Of a DNA stretch of 64,000 nucleotides, positions 11,060 through 23,823 are shown piece after piece. Under the pieces are notes generated by a model. The model worked only from the letters and a program-made list of their open reading frames with translations. It was not told the DNA's origin and searched no databases. Where the stretch lies: positions 4,909,757 through 4,973,756 of the forward strand of contig MU054187.1 of assembly GCA_013239625.1 (NCBI GenBank), written 5' to 3'. The stretch comes from Lama guanicoe (taxonomy: Eukaryota). Position 1 is the first letter of the stretch. Every line of letters starts with the position of its first letter. The position numbers and the translations under genes are program-made.

Positions 11060-14000
11060 CTGTAACAACAAAGAATCTTAAATTAGAAAGTGCATCTGCT
11101 TTTGTTTCCAGAGGGGTACAACGGAGAATGATAATTGCGGGTGTGCTCGCACATGCACACATGTATATAATGTAATAATATATATCTCCCCAAAGATTGT
11201 ATTTTCTTACCAAAACACATTTTTAAGAAACATGGCAATAGACTAGATAAGAAAAAGATTAATAGCAGTGGAATTTTCCATTCTATGTAACGCTCATGAA
11301 AAGGTTTATTTGGGTTACTTTGAGAGTGGAGGTAGTTGGCTTGGAAAGATACTATTGATGCAGGTTCCCAGGGAAACCACACGTGAGCAAAGAAGCCATT
11401 CATATTTATAAAATGGGCAGATGATTCTGCACTGCATTCAAATCTGGATATATACACTCCATGCAAAATACAGAAACAAGGCCAGAATTCAGTGACCAAT
11501 TATGTTCAGTAAGTAAATCAAAGGAACAGATACGGAGTCTGCAGGTTCATCACTCTTTCAAAATTTCGTGCCTTGAAGTTCTATTTTCAGAGAAGCAGGA
11601 GTCGGTGATGGCAGTTAAAGTCACATTTGGGATGGACGGGGGACCCCGAGCGGCCGAGGACCGCGTGTGTGCGATGCTCGCTCTGGTCACACCCTTTCCA
11701 CGAAAACCCTGCAAGGACCAGGTCTGTAGATGCCTCGGTGTGAAAAGGCAAAAGTGTTCTGAGTGGAATTGCAGTTTACAGAGGCTTTTCATTTTGCAGA
11801 GGACATTATCTTGCAAACAAAAGTAAAATCATCCTAAACTGAGCAAAAGTACTGAATAATGACGTGCTGGGAGGCCAAAGGTCACGTGGCTTAGTTAAAC
11901 AGAGAAAAGTCATTAGAGTCAAAATGAATGGTTAGCAAAGTGAATCTTCACGGGGCTCTGCTACCATTAAATTGATCCTTTCAGGGCTTTAGGGTCTTTT
12001 TTTGGTCAATCTTTTGAAATCAGCCCTAAAGAACAAAATCTTTTCATTCATTCTTTGAATGTATTTTCATCAGTAAGACTATTTTAAATTTCCTGCATCT
12101 TGAATTTTACAGCAGAGAATGAGGCTTGGCTAATAACTGTAATGCTGAGCTTGAAACCAGACATAGATCAGCAGGAGAAGTGGCTTTAGACTTAGTCAGG
12201 AGTAGTTAAATGTAGATTATGTCTAAAGACCAAAGATCTGCCAAAGTCGGTGGCAGAGGTCAATTTATGGTTTCTGATGTGGAGGGTGGTTTGCTGAGCT
12301 CAGTCCCCAGCTGTGAAATTCAAGGTGTGAGAAATATTACTTACTCATGAATATTTTAATTAAAGTGGAACATTTTACTTAAGGTAAACAAATGAGTAAA
12401 CTTGTCAACAGAATTATAAAGGACCCTATGAAATGAATGTGCTAATTGTTTCTCCTTAGGGAGATCTTCAGCCTAGTCTTTCATATTTGGCATTCTGTTA
12501 TAATAAGAGGCAATTATAATAAGTCAATTAAGAATTCATATCATATTATATAATCATTGTGTCATCTTTACAATATATGCAACTAAAGAAACTTAAAAGA
12601 AATTTTTTAGTACAAAGCCCATTAATCCTTTGGTTCAATTACAAGAGAATTCTAAATTTACTGAGCTAAGTATTAGACATCAAATTCAGATCCTTTTTTA
12701 GAAATTCATACATGAAAACAAATAAACACTAAATTACAGCAAATGTCTTTCAATAGTATGATCCATGTATATTGCACGCTTTGGTTCAGCCACAATCAGA
12801 AACACAGAGCCCTCCTGCTTTTTATTGATTTATTTCTTTCTTCAAAGACAGATTTCTGTTTGTAGTCCTCCCTCCAATCTCTCCTCCAAGACACAATTTA
12901 TAATTAATGACTTTAAACTGACAATGTTTACATTTACTTTTAACACCTTAAAACTGTTTCAAGAGGCTTTTTCTCCCACACAGACAGAAGTCCTATTCAG
13001 GATTTGCAAGCAAATATTTAGCAAAAATATCTCTGATGGTAGTATGCATTTGCGTACTCAAAACATTTCTATCATGTTTTTTTAAAATTAATATGCTATT
13101 CCAAGTGACCCCCAGGCAGCTAACCAGGGTTCATTTAGCTTCCCAAGGCAAATGTAACACACTTGGGTCCATAGTATTGCCCAAAGCATCATTTTCTAGG
13201 CAGCACAGATAAGACGGTGTTGCCAGGCGGTCTGATTGTAGCATCTCTCATCTTTCTTGTGTTCGGTTTCTATTGAAACCGCAACACTGTAACTACGGGA
13301 GGGCTCCTGGTGGTTAACATCCCACAAGGTGTTAACTTTCCTGAAATTTGTTGATTAACCACTGCGAGAGAAAGGTGGTTAACTCAGTGCGTTTCAGGCT
13401 GAACATGTGCCCTCTGGTTTCACGGGGAGATCGATGTCGTTACGGGATCCCTGACTAGCATCGCGAGCGTCCTGTTTCCCACAAATGGCTCCCTGTCGGC
13501 ATTGATGATTGGCTACGTGGGATCCTAGTGCGAGCGCCTAAATACCACTTTAGAAAAGAGTAAACTCATCACGTCACATTACATGGATTGATGGGTCCGC
13601 TCTTCGCTGAATAGCAGCAGATGTTCAGAGGGAGGATGCAAAGGGTGGTAATTTCAGGAGGTGTAGTTCTGTAATTGTGTTTAAAGGGTGTGTGTGGTGG
13701 GAAGCCCAGATTAGAATTAAAATCTGAGGTGGTTTCCCCTACGGTAATTTAGAACCTCCAACTTTGAGAACTACCTAATGGCTCAAATATCACACACCCT
13801 GTATGTCTTCAGGAAGCTACCCTCTAAAATTGCACAGGATTCTTAATGAATTCTATATTTGATGGAAATGTCTGAAGGAGGACCTCAAATGTATGAGAAA
13901 ATGATAAAAAAAAGTTAAATTCCTACTTCAGAACAGATGTTTTAAAATCATCAGTAAAAAGTTCCTAAAAAACGTTTCAAAGCTCTGTTCATGGATGGAG

Positions 14001-15671
14001 AGGGTCTTCTGCTTGCAGAAACCAAGATGACATTGACTGTGTTTGGCCATGACCAGCCCGCTGCAATGATCAAACCTTCTAGCCTAGGAAGATGGGTCTG
14101 ATTTACGTCCAAGCTGAGTCTGGGAAAGAAACGGTCTTTCTCTCTCTCAGGGAAAGACAAATATTTTAAAGATATGTGATTCATAACAGTAAATATTAGT
14201 ACTCAGCTGAGCTACAAAATGGCTTCCAAATGGTCTACAGCTGTTTGAAATAAAGTGCAAGGTTGGCCAGATGAGGATTTGAAAATCATAATACATCATT
14301 TATCATTTTCCCCAGCTCATCCAAACACTTTTGAATTCATCCTGTCCTAACTTAGTTATGTGCTGTGGTTTGTTATTCTAAGAAAGCTACCATATCCTAT
14401 CTAAGGATTGCATCTCAGTGGCTAAACTAAAACAGACATCAAATTGCAATTCCAGAGAATCCAGATTCCATTCATGTAATCTAGTGATTCACTGAATCAT
14501 TTTTTAAATGCTCTAAATACCAGCATGTATATGTGTTTTTATAGGCTAATATAATCTCTAATTAAAATCAGCAGTTTAGCATCTGAATATGATGCACTCA
14601 AATAGAAAAAATTCTATTACAACCTGTCACTTTGCCTTTTTTTTTTTTACTTTCTTCTCCCTCCTCAAATGATCCATCTAACTTATACAGAAAAGTAAAA
14701 TCTTATAAATACCACTTAATTCCTTCTTCCTTCCTTCTTTTCTGCTCTGGCTCTTAGTTAATCTCTAGTCATAGTTTATTTCAAACCAACTCTTTACAGT
14801 AATAATAAGAAAAACCATAATTCTTCCAATTCTGGATTTTATTCAAACACCATAAAATTAAAACTAGAAGGCATTTTTCTTTTTCGTTAACTTCAAATGC
14901 AGTCCCCCCCTTTTAAGTTCATATTTATAGAAAAAGCTTAGAGATAGTTATATATAAGGAATAATAATTTAATCACAACCCCCTGTCATGTCCTTGAGAA
15001 ATTAACATTTGCAGCATCTTTCAATGCTGTGTTATTTAGGACATTTAGAGCAAGTGCATCTGTGTTTCATACAGAACTCGGTCCTCAAATGCAGTTAAAT
15101 TTCCATTTGTGTAACTTGCTCAGCGTTTCTTAAGCATTCCAGAACTCAAAGAACTTTATAAAGTAGCATTCAGAGTAATGAAGATATTATACAATGCGAC
15201 ACAAATCTTGCTATCGATTCTTTTCAGGACCCATCAGATGCATCTGAATAGCCTACACAGTAAGGGTGTGACCTATTTCTGGAATGGTAGGTCTCAGAAG
15301 CAAGCTCCTTGTCTGAAAAATGGCTGCAAAATATATCTGTCAACTTATTAAATGAGGATGACTGGGGTGATTATTGTGACGTTCAATTACACTTAACAAA
15401 ATACTGAGGGGATCTATTATGTCCCTGCATGGTGTGAGGTAGTAAAGCTACATAATAAAAAAAAGGCATTAAAAATATGCCTCTCCTGTGTGCATTTTTT
15501 GTGTCAGGAATTTTATATATCTCTATATATACACACATAATCACATATATTTACATACCGATACACATACACACAATACGTGTTATATGTAATCAGATTG
15601 ATCTGATGTCTAAGAGCCATCTTTGTTTATGCATTGGTTCCTCCTGGCTGCATGAGATCTCCCCTTGCTGC

Positions 15672-15797
15672 CTCTCTGTGAATCTATTTCTGTTTTGTAG
15701 ATAAGTTCATTAGTGTCTTCTTTTCTTTTTTTAATTCCACACATGACTGATATCACATGGTATTTTTCTTTCTCTTTCTGGCTTACTTCACTTAGAA
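15672..15797 (-). mobile_element. Short internal L1 3'UTR fragment
   Basis: tctatttctgttttgtagataagttcatt...ttccacacatgactgatatcacatggtatttttctttctctttctggcttacttcacttagaa. No poly(A) tail or TSD is evident. Confidence 0.8.
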
Positions 15798-18700
15798 AGC
15801 GCTGTCTCAAGTTTTTATGAATAGAAACTTCTTACATTCTACAGGTTTTAAATGAACAATCATTTTCTACATCCTCTGCTCCTAGTTTAAAAAAAAAACT
15901 GGGGCAATGCATAATGTTTATAAGGAAATGGCCAAGATAAACACATGTGTGAATGTTACAGTGCAACAGGATTTTAGTTAACCTTAAGTATTGTTGACAT
16001 AAAATCCAAATTTTATCATAAGATACGGGGTGGGGGGAGGGGGAAGCCCAGCAGCATTTCCGTAGTGGGTGTTTGGGCACCAATGAGGGGTAAATGATTG
16101 GATTCCGTAGGCTCAGAGGATTTGTCAGCTGCCTCATAAGTATAATTCTGGCTCTTCATATCCCTGCTGCTTCTAATTTAGCAGGACAGGCTCATAATTG
16201 AAGCAAATTAACTATTTACACTTGCCACTTCTACCAGGGGAAGAGGACACAGCAGTAGGGAAGAATGAGGAGGAAATTACATTCTCTGCACTTGAGTCAG
16301 ATCTGCCCTTATATAAACACATTAACAGTAATTTCAGGAGGCGTCAAACATAGGGATAAATACTGAGGGATAAAATAATGAGCTGTTGCTATTGAGCTGA
16401 GCTGCTATGGCTAATATCCCTGGATATGAATTATGCATCCTGAAAGAAGGCATATGTTACCATATTCAAACCGTCTCCCTGCAAGTGATATCTGCTCATT
16501 AGGCTCTGGTTCTCGAGGTAAATCCACGCTCCCCTCCCACGACAGGGCTGCATTTACAGAAATACGCTCCCTGGGCACCGTGGGCTGTGGTTTCTCCCGA
16601 ACACACCAAACTCTGCACAGACCTTCCAGTCCATTTTTAGCCTAACAGCATGTTTATTTAGCTCTTTGGCTGAAGCTTTAAAGCCATTTAATGTAATGTA
16701 AACAAGAACATTTTGTTTGTAATTTGCTAAATGTATTACAGCCCAACTGTGTCTCCAATTAGGAACTTAAGGTTCATTTAGTCATTCACATCTGGTTCTG
16801 ATTTAAGGTGACTTTCCTTTCCCACTTAAGAGTGCACTTTCCATGGCTAAAAAGGACCCAGGAATGCTTTACAACGCTTTGGATCCATCCCTTTTGCTCC
16901 AAAGCTGGATGGACTCTTTAATTTAATGGGTCAGATTTGCTCTCTGTTGTCACTGTGGACTCAGATCCCAGACTTCGATGACCAGAATCAGAGAATTCAG
17001 AAACAGTGGGGAGAGATAGGAAATTTAGCTGGACTCTCATTAAAAAAAAGATGCCGAGGGCTGCTGAAACTCCAAGGAGTCTAATATAAAGGGCGTGACC
17101 TTGTTACGTTATTATTTTTCTTTCTCTGTAGGTTCCAGGCGGTGAAAGATTAGTAGCAAAGGCCAACATCACAGCCACACTTAGGGTTTATTTCCCTTTC
17201 TCCATCTGGTGCCTTTCTAAAAGAACTTAGTATGCTTCCGAAAAGGGCTCTCCATTGTCTTAACGATTCATTAGCATTTAAAACCTCTGGTTGGAATCCC
17301 AAACACAATTCCGCTCCCATTCCGGATGCAGCACCATCTTCTAAAGCATTAACATGGAGCGATCTCGGATATGTGACGTTTTTGCTCGGTGGCTTTGGTA
17401 GGAACGATCCCTAAGGGAGGTCTTGTGTTCCTGGAGGATTTGTATCACTTCTTTCAGCTTCCTTTTGATTTCTCTTCTTTGAGAGATCCTTCACAGAAAC
17501 CAAAGCACATTTGGTTTCTCCCTCACCATGGATTCTGAAAATAGGGATCACCCCTTCTGCAGTGGCTTCCAATCCCCGCCTGCGCAGCACAGCGAGGAAG
17601 CACGCGGCAGACGCACACAGAGCGCTGTGCGCGCTGCTCCTCTGGCTGGCAAGAACGCATTCCATTGTAATCTCACTAATAGCTGTTTTTCCTTAAACAT
17701 TGTAATTTTCTGAGCCCCTAATAAGTCATCGATAATTTTGTCCATTTTCCCTGGTTTGTGTTTATATTTGTGGCTGTTCATAATTGTGGGCTATTATGAC
17801 AACCGGAGTCTTGAACAATCGTGGCGCATGAAATCCTCGCCTTCTACTCGAAGCGGCTGCCTGCACGCCGCCAGCGGCACCACGTGGGGCGATTCCGGAG
17901 CACGCGCATCGGTCCTCAGTTTTGAAGTTTAATGGGCTGCCTCCAATCGGCTCCGACAACATTCCTTTAAAAATACATAGTGGTGCTTCCCAATTGTAAT
18001 ATTAAGTGAGAGAAAAGTACAATTAGTTTACGTTTGAAACAGAGGTCTAGCGCACTGGCACAGTGAGTCAGCATAAAAGGAGAGAACAGGCGGTAATACA
18101 CTGTAATACCGCTCTTGGATACTTTGTTGAAATTCTCTTGATGCCCAAGTGGGCATTCCAGGCAGGCGTGTTCGCTTCGCGGGCAATCCCTGCAAACTGT
18201 TAGGGGAGGGCCCGCCGCGGGGCAGCTGATGCCACGGGTCCCTTTTGTCATCATTTGACCCACTCTCTGCTCGTCCCTGGATGGCCTTGTATGCGTCAGA
18301 ACCCATCCTTTCTGGCATACTCTGCAGTTTCATCCTCTTTATCAAGCGAGATCATCTTTTAAGAGGAAAGGCTAAGCGATGCTGAACCCTTGTCAAGTCC
18401 AAGGAGCATAAGGCATGGAAACAAACCATTTTCAACTGACCAAAGACTGCTTCCAATACCCTGGTTTTGGTAAAGGTGCTCAAATGTTAAAATATTAACG
18501 TTTTTCTTAGTAAAAGAAAAAGATAGTTATTTCTATTCAGATTAAAAAAATTATCTTAGTATAACCTTTTTTTAACAACTGGATTTTGATTATGAAATTG
18601 CTTTACAATACCCAGTGAGTTATACAACGCCAACTATTTTATAATTTCATCCTTGTTTATAAAACAAATTCTCCAAAAACCCCCTTAACGATTTCCATTA

Positions 18701-20439
18701 AGAAAGAACCTAAAGACAGACTCATCACAAGTTACTTACTAAGTCTGAAACAACAGAGGATGAGGAAAATGTTTGTCATCACATCTTTATGATTAAAGAG
18801 CCTTACCTATGGCACCATAGTTGTGATCCTACCTCCTTTAGAAAAGTCCAGCTGCAATTTTTTTCCTTCCTACTTAAAAGCAAACTATTTACTATTTCAA
18901 GTAAAAATAAAATGATATTTGAGCTACATTTTATAGCTCAAATTCCATTTCACTGCCTTCAATATATGCAACATTTTTTTTTCCAGCCCCAACTTTGAGA
19001 GGCAGAATAGGAGAATGGGAGTAATTTCCCTTTTTAACATGTTCGTCAAGAACAGGGACTCTCATATTCTCTGGGCGTGTAAATGCCTCATCTGATCAGA
19101 GCAAAACATGGGGCATAGGATCTCAGTGTTCCCCTCTTGCTATAATAAAAATAAAAGACAGTGTTATATCTGAATTTGTGGGAAAACCTGCAGCTCTGTA
19201 TTTGTTGCGTTGAGGAAGTACCCAATTTTCATCATAAGAACATTATTCTTTTCCTCCAGAAACATGGGTGTGGACTGTGAATACTGATCACGTAGAGGAC
19301 TGATTGTGGGCTAGGGCAGAGCTTTGCAGGCCTCTCCCTTTTAACCGTGGGCCTTACCATGCAAGTTCCTCTAGTGAAGGTGGGAAATAATTAGGGAGAG
19401 GTATCTGGGGTCAGGAAGATAGACAAGAGGAGTGGGGTGGGTGGTGGCAATGGCAACTGAAGTTTCTCAAAATCAAACTTGACAAAGCAAAGAGCCCAGA
19501 GGAGCCCAGAGGAGCCCTGGAACGGCACTGCCGGTGAGCCCGGGGTAGGAAGAGGGGCTGAGTCTTCAGAAGGGAATCGCGTCTGTCTGCTGATGCCCAA
19601 GAGTTGCCGCCACAATCCCTAGGGAGGGTATGCACTTTCTGGATGTTTCTTCTGTGAAATTTCATCTTACAAAGCCAAAGAGTTTACAGTAGTGAAGCCT
19701 GGTCCCTGTCCAGGAATACATGCAGGGGTCGTACTGGGGAGAGAGGTACGTCCTGGCGCCTGGGTCATGGGTGGAGCCAGGAGGCATCATGGGTATAAAC
19801 AGAGACAACAGGGATGGGCTGGGATTCCTGGTGGACGCGCACTTAGCTTCTCAGTCTTCGAAGCTCTGCCAAGTGGAGGGATGAGCCACTGTCCAGTTCC
19901 ACCCTGAATGCCCAGCATTGGCGGGACGCCACACCTCAGCTTTGAGAATGAGAGCAAACTGATCTGAGTCAGGATAGAAACCAGGTCGAAAATCCTCAAC
20001 CAGCTCTATCTACCAGGTTTTCAACAAACTCACAAAATATGTCAACTACCCTTTCATAGGGAAATGAGTATTTTAATTGCTTGCACAGAGAACATTCCAG
20101 TGGTGTGTTTTCTGCCCTTGAAGACAACTGTTGCAGGGCAGGGCTCCACGGGGTGGGGGGGGGGCTGTGCTTTCCTGTGAAGCCTTTCCCCTGGGCCCGC
20201 AGTCTTGAAAAGGGTGTAAGAAAATGTGTAGATTGCAGATTGTAAAAGACAGCTTTGGTTGACAGAAAAGGGGGCTGGAGAGAACTAGGGGGAGGTTCTA
20301 TGTTTCCTTAGCAACTGGTTGTACCATTACAACTCTCACTGATTTCATGGATTTGTTAGAAAAGAGCTGTAAGTTGAGAGGTAAGTTCCGGTCATGGTGT
20401 GTAGCCTTAGACAAGCCGTTTACCAGCATGGGGACCCCA

Positions 20440-20540
20440 TCTCATTCTCTGCTGTACCTGGTGTCTAGAACAGTGCCTGGGGCATGGAGTACACACTCAA
20501 CAAATATTGTTAAGTAAAAACGTGAAAAAAGTGAATGAAT
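20440..20540 (+). mobile_element. L2 3' tail
   Basis: gtgtctagaacagtgcctggggcatggag...ctcaacaaatattgtt...gtgaatgaat. Confidence 0.7.
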
Positions 20541-21667
20541 TTCCCTATCTGGCCCCATTTCATAATTGGCAAAATTTAAAGAATCTACGAGAAATGAGTA
20601 GAACAGATGAGATAAGTCATGTATACGTGTTCTTAAACATAGAAAACACTGTATACATTATAGATGTTGACATATATTCACAGTACGCAGGTACTCGTAG
20701 ACGGATACAGGTTTGAAGCTTCCTGTTTCTTACACGCTTCCCTGGACCAGATGAGAAGAGGTAAAGGTCTCCACTGATAATCAGACATGAGACGAGTCCA
20801 TCATTAACACACGTCAATATTCTGCAGCAGCTAAAGCTGCATCTACCTAGACGTTCCAGTAACTGAACATTAATGATGAGGCCTGTCTAATTTTGTCTTC
20901 ATGACAATGAAATTCTAGAGGGTGACAACGGCAGTCTGCTGCCTGGCTTAGAAATCTGGGCTCCATGTTGCTTCTCTGCCGGGGTGGGTTACACCTATGT
21001 ACTGAACTCCAAGATTCCCATCCTCCTTAAGACCTTCGGGGCTACTTATGCTATGGCTGAGCTGCAAAGTGTCTCACGTGCCCCTGCACCCCCCAGCCCC
21101 CCGCATGGTCCTTGGTCACACCACGGCAATCCACCACAGAAGGAAGTAACCAGGCATCTGGTCGCATCTAATCCAGCTTGGAAATATGGTACAGGTGGGA
21201 TTGAATAACCTACCCCGCTGGTCTTTAGGGAATGGCTGCAGGGAGAGAGCCTTAAATCTGAAGTTCATGTAGCAAAGGGAGTTTCAATGACAAAAGAGTA
21301 AATAGCAAATGCTGAAGAGAGGGGCGGACAGTTTTCAAAATACTTCTCGTGTTTTTTCAGTCTTTGTGATCGCACTGCCAGCATTAAGGAATGATGTAAT
21401 CCTGGCTGGGACGTGGAAAAATCCTTCCAAAAGTAACTGCACTATATAAACGTGGGAACAAAGGCACTAACGTGCTATTTACAACAGAGCAAGAAAGGAA
21501 CATAAGATCAGGTCAGAGCTCCCTGCAGTCTGGCTCTGACGGGGCGCATGCTCGGCCTCGGTTCTAGCATCTGCAGCATCTACCCATCGTCCTCGGAGGT
21601 CCCTTCTTTAGAACGCACACACCTTTTCAGATCGTGCTGATTCACTCCATTCTGCGTCTTTTCTTAC

Positions 21668-21898
21668 CTGTTTTTGCTCTTCTCCCAAACCGTCCCACAT
21701 CGAAGCCACAATTTTGGAGACTTCACCGAAGGTAGCATTTGGATTTTGGCCCTTGATGGCGGCCTGAGTGTCGCGGAAGAACAGCGCGTAGGCAGACACA
21801 GGCTTCTGGGGCTCGTTGGGGTCCTTCTTCTTCTTCTTTTTGGGGGTTTTTGGTTTTTTCCCCATGTCAGAGGCGGGCCGCTTCTCTCCACCATTGAT
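21668..21898 (-). CDS. TOX: TOX coding exon (equivalent to human exon 5), 231 bp / 77 codons: basic NLS plus the N-terminal part of the HMG box
   Basis: Translates to [77 protein letters not shown]. Acceptor is ttttggttttgtttcag|ATC and donor is CAG|gtaaga. The HMG signature is TOX-family; [13 protein letters not shown] and [11 protein letters not shown] fit TOX itself rather than TOX2/3/4 as recalled. Confidence 0.98.
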
Positions 21899-22473
21899 CT
21901 GAAACAAAACCAAAATCTGAATTACGAGGGACTGGAAAATGTGCGGACGGATCACACTGCGCTCCTGTGAGACTTACTCGGATAGACTCCTCCATACACG
22001 TCACACAAACACAGACGTTCCTAAGGGACACTTGGTTTTGTTGCTGTTGCTGTTTTCAAATAAAACTTCCCATTTCATGTAATTTTCATATTCATCCTTT
22101 CCCCAGACCTGTTTACATAGCTGTAGGATAACGTTATTGATTCGCTTCGCAGTGCAATTGTACTGTTGGATATCAGCCCTTACCTCTCCTAGCTTCTCCT
22201 TTTTCTCACTCAGGAAGCTGAGTGACAAGCAGCGCTGTGACGATGGCAGCAGCAGATGCCTCGTGTTGTGATCCTACTGTATGAACAATCTAACCTGTTT
22301 TCTTCTGGGGAGTTTATCCTTTTCCTCCTAATTATGATTTTTAAGTGGTGGTGGGCAACATGTGCAATTAATAAAGTTGAATGGCTTTTGATGGTGCATT
22401 TAGGTCTATGGATGCTGCTGGGAAAGCCAAACAATGGTCACGGCTCAGAGAATGGCATACTCCAGAAGCAAAT

Positions 22474-22683
22474 CAGTGTTGTCCAACAAAACCTTCTGCA
22501 ATGAGGGTAAAGTTCTAAAATCTGCACTATTCAATATGGTAGCCACTAGCTACATGTAACCGATGAGCGTAGGGAATGTGGCTAGCAGGAATAAGAAACA
22601 AAATCTTAAACTTTCTTTAATTTTAATTGTTTTAAATTTATATAGCTACATGTGACTAATGGCTACCATACTGGAAAGTGCAT
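22474..22683. mobile_element. MER3-like hAT-Charlie non-autonomous DNA transposon
   Basis: cagtgttgtccaacaaaaccttctgcaatg...atggtagccactagctacatgt...aatgtggctag...atggctaccatactggaaagtgca, with internal inverted repeats, matches the recalled MER3 consensus. Confidence 0.8.
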
Positions 22684-23576
22684 CTCAGGAAACTAGATTC
22701 TAAAATCTAGACATTTTTAGGACAGCTTTAATATCCAGTTTAAGAATAGTTTCCCTTTTCTCCCATTGTCCTGGCGTCTGAATATTTGGATAATCTGCAT
22801 TGCTATTCTGATGCAAGTGGAGAAAAACACACAATGTGTTAGGATATCTGCATTTAAATATTAACTTCGATAATAGCTAACTGTACGTGATGTCATTTCA
22901 TCCACCTCTATGGAACGAGAGATTTGGGCTAAGATTTCTTTCTAGTTCTAGGATTACGTGACTCTACCTGAATATCAAGTAGTGCTGTCCCTGAAGGAGC
23001 CCTCTTTCCACACGCCTCTCCCACCAGCATACACGCCCACGTGCACCGCCTCTCGATAGCATCGCCATCATCGTGGGAGGTTCTGCACCCTCACCTTCCA
23101 CTGTTGTGACTGTTGCTGTTTTTTCCCTTCTTGGCAAACATAAGGTCACACGTATCTTATTCAGATAAGCTGTGAGGCAAGGTGATTTGTGTAAAAGAGC
23201 TGCCACCATTGGAGAGGAAGCATGGTATCCTGAGAGGCCAGCGGATGTGACGTCAGAGGACCTACACTCATGCCATCTTTCATTATTTTTAGCTGTGCAA
23301 TCTTGCGTAAATTACATCATTTTCTGGGCCTCCATTTCCAACTTTCTAAATATAACAATTCCTATGTTCAAAATAATAAAATATGAAGAAGAAAATAGAA
23401 AAGGATTCAAGAAAGACCACAATGAAGAGTATTAAAACTGGAGGGATCATGACGTTGGAGGTCACAGTTCATCAAGGATTGGTAACATCAGATAGGGAAC
23501 AAAGCGCAGGGAAATGATGCTGGTCCATATGGAATATTTACCTGGACTCATTTTAAATTTTAATTAAAAAATTAAT

Positions 23577-23823
23577 TAGTACCAGGGGAAAAGAGGTGGG
23601 AAGGGATAAATTAGGAATTCCGAAGTTTGCATATACTACTATATATAAAACTAACATAAACAAGTTTCTATTGTATAGCACAGGGAACTCTATTCAGTAT
23701 CTTGTAGTACCCTGTAATGAAAAGGACTATGAAAATGAATACATATGTATGCTCACATATGACTGAAGCATTATGCTGTGCACCAGAATTGACACAACAT
23801 TGTACACTGACTCTACTTCAATT
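23577..23823 (+). mobile_element. 5'-truncated L1 3' end
   Basis: gggaagggataaattagg...tgtatagcacagggaactctattcagtatcttgta...acacaacattgtacactgactctacttcaattaaaa. aaaaattaat occurs at both flanks (possible TSD). Confidence 0.88.

Noticed and set aside
21608..21955. 115-aa ORF as a stand-alone HMG protein
   Set aside because: It is the TOX exon plus intronic read-through. It starts at GTG, has splice sites at 21668/21898, and the HMG box is completed by the 81-bp exon.
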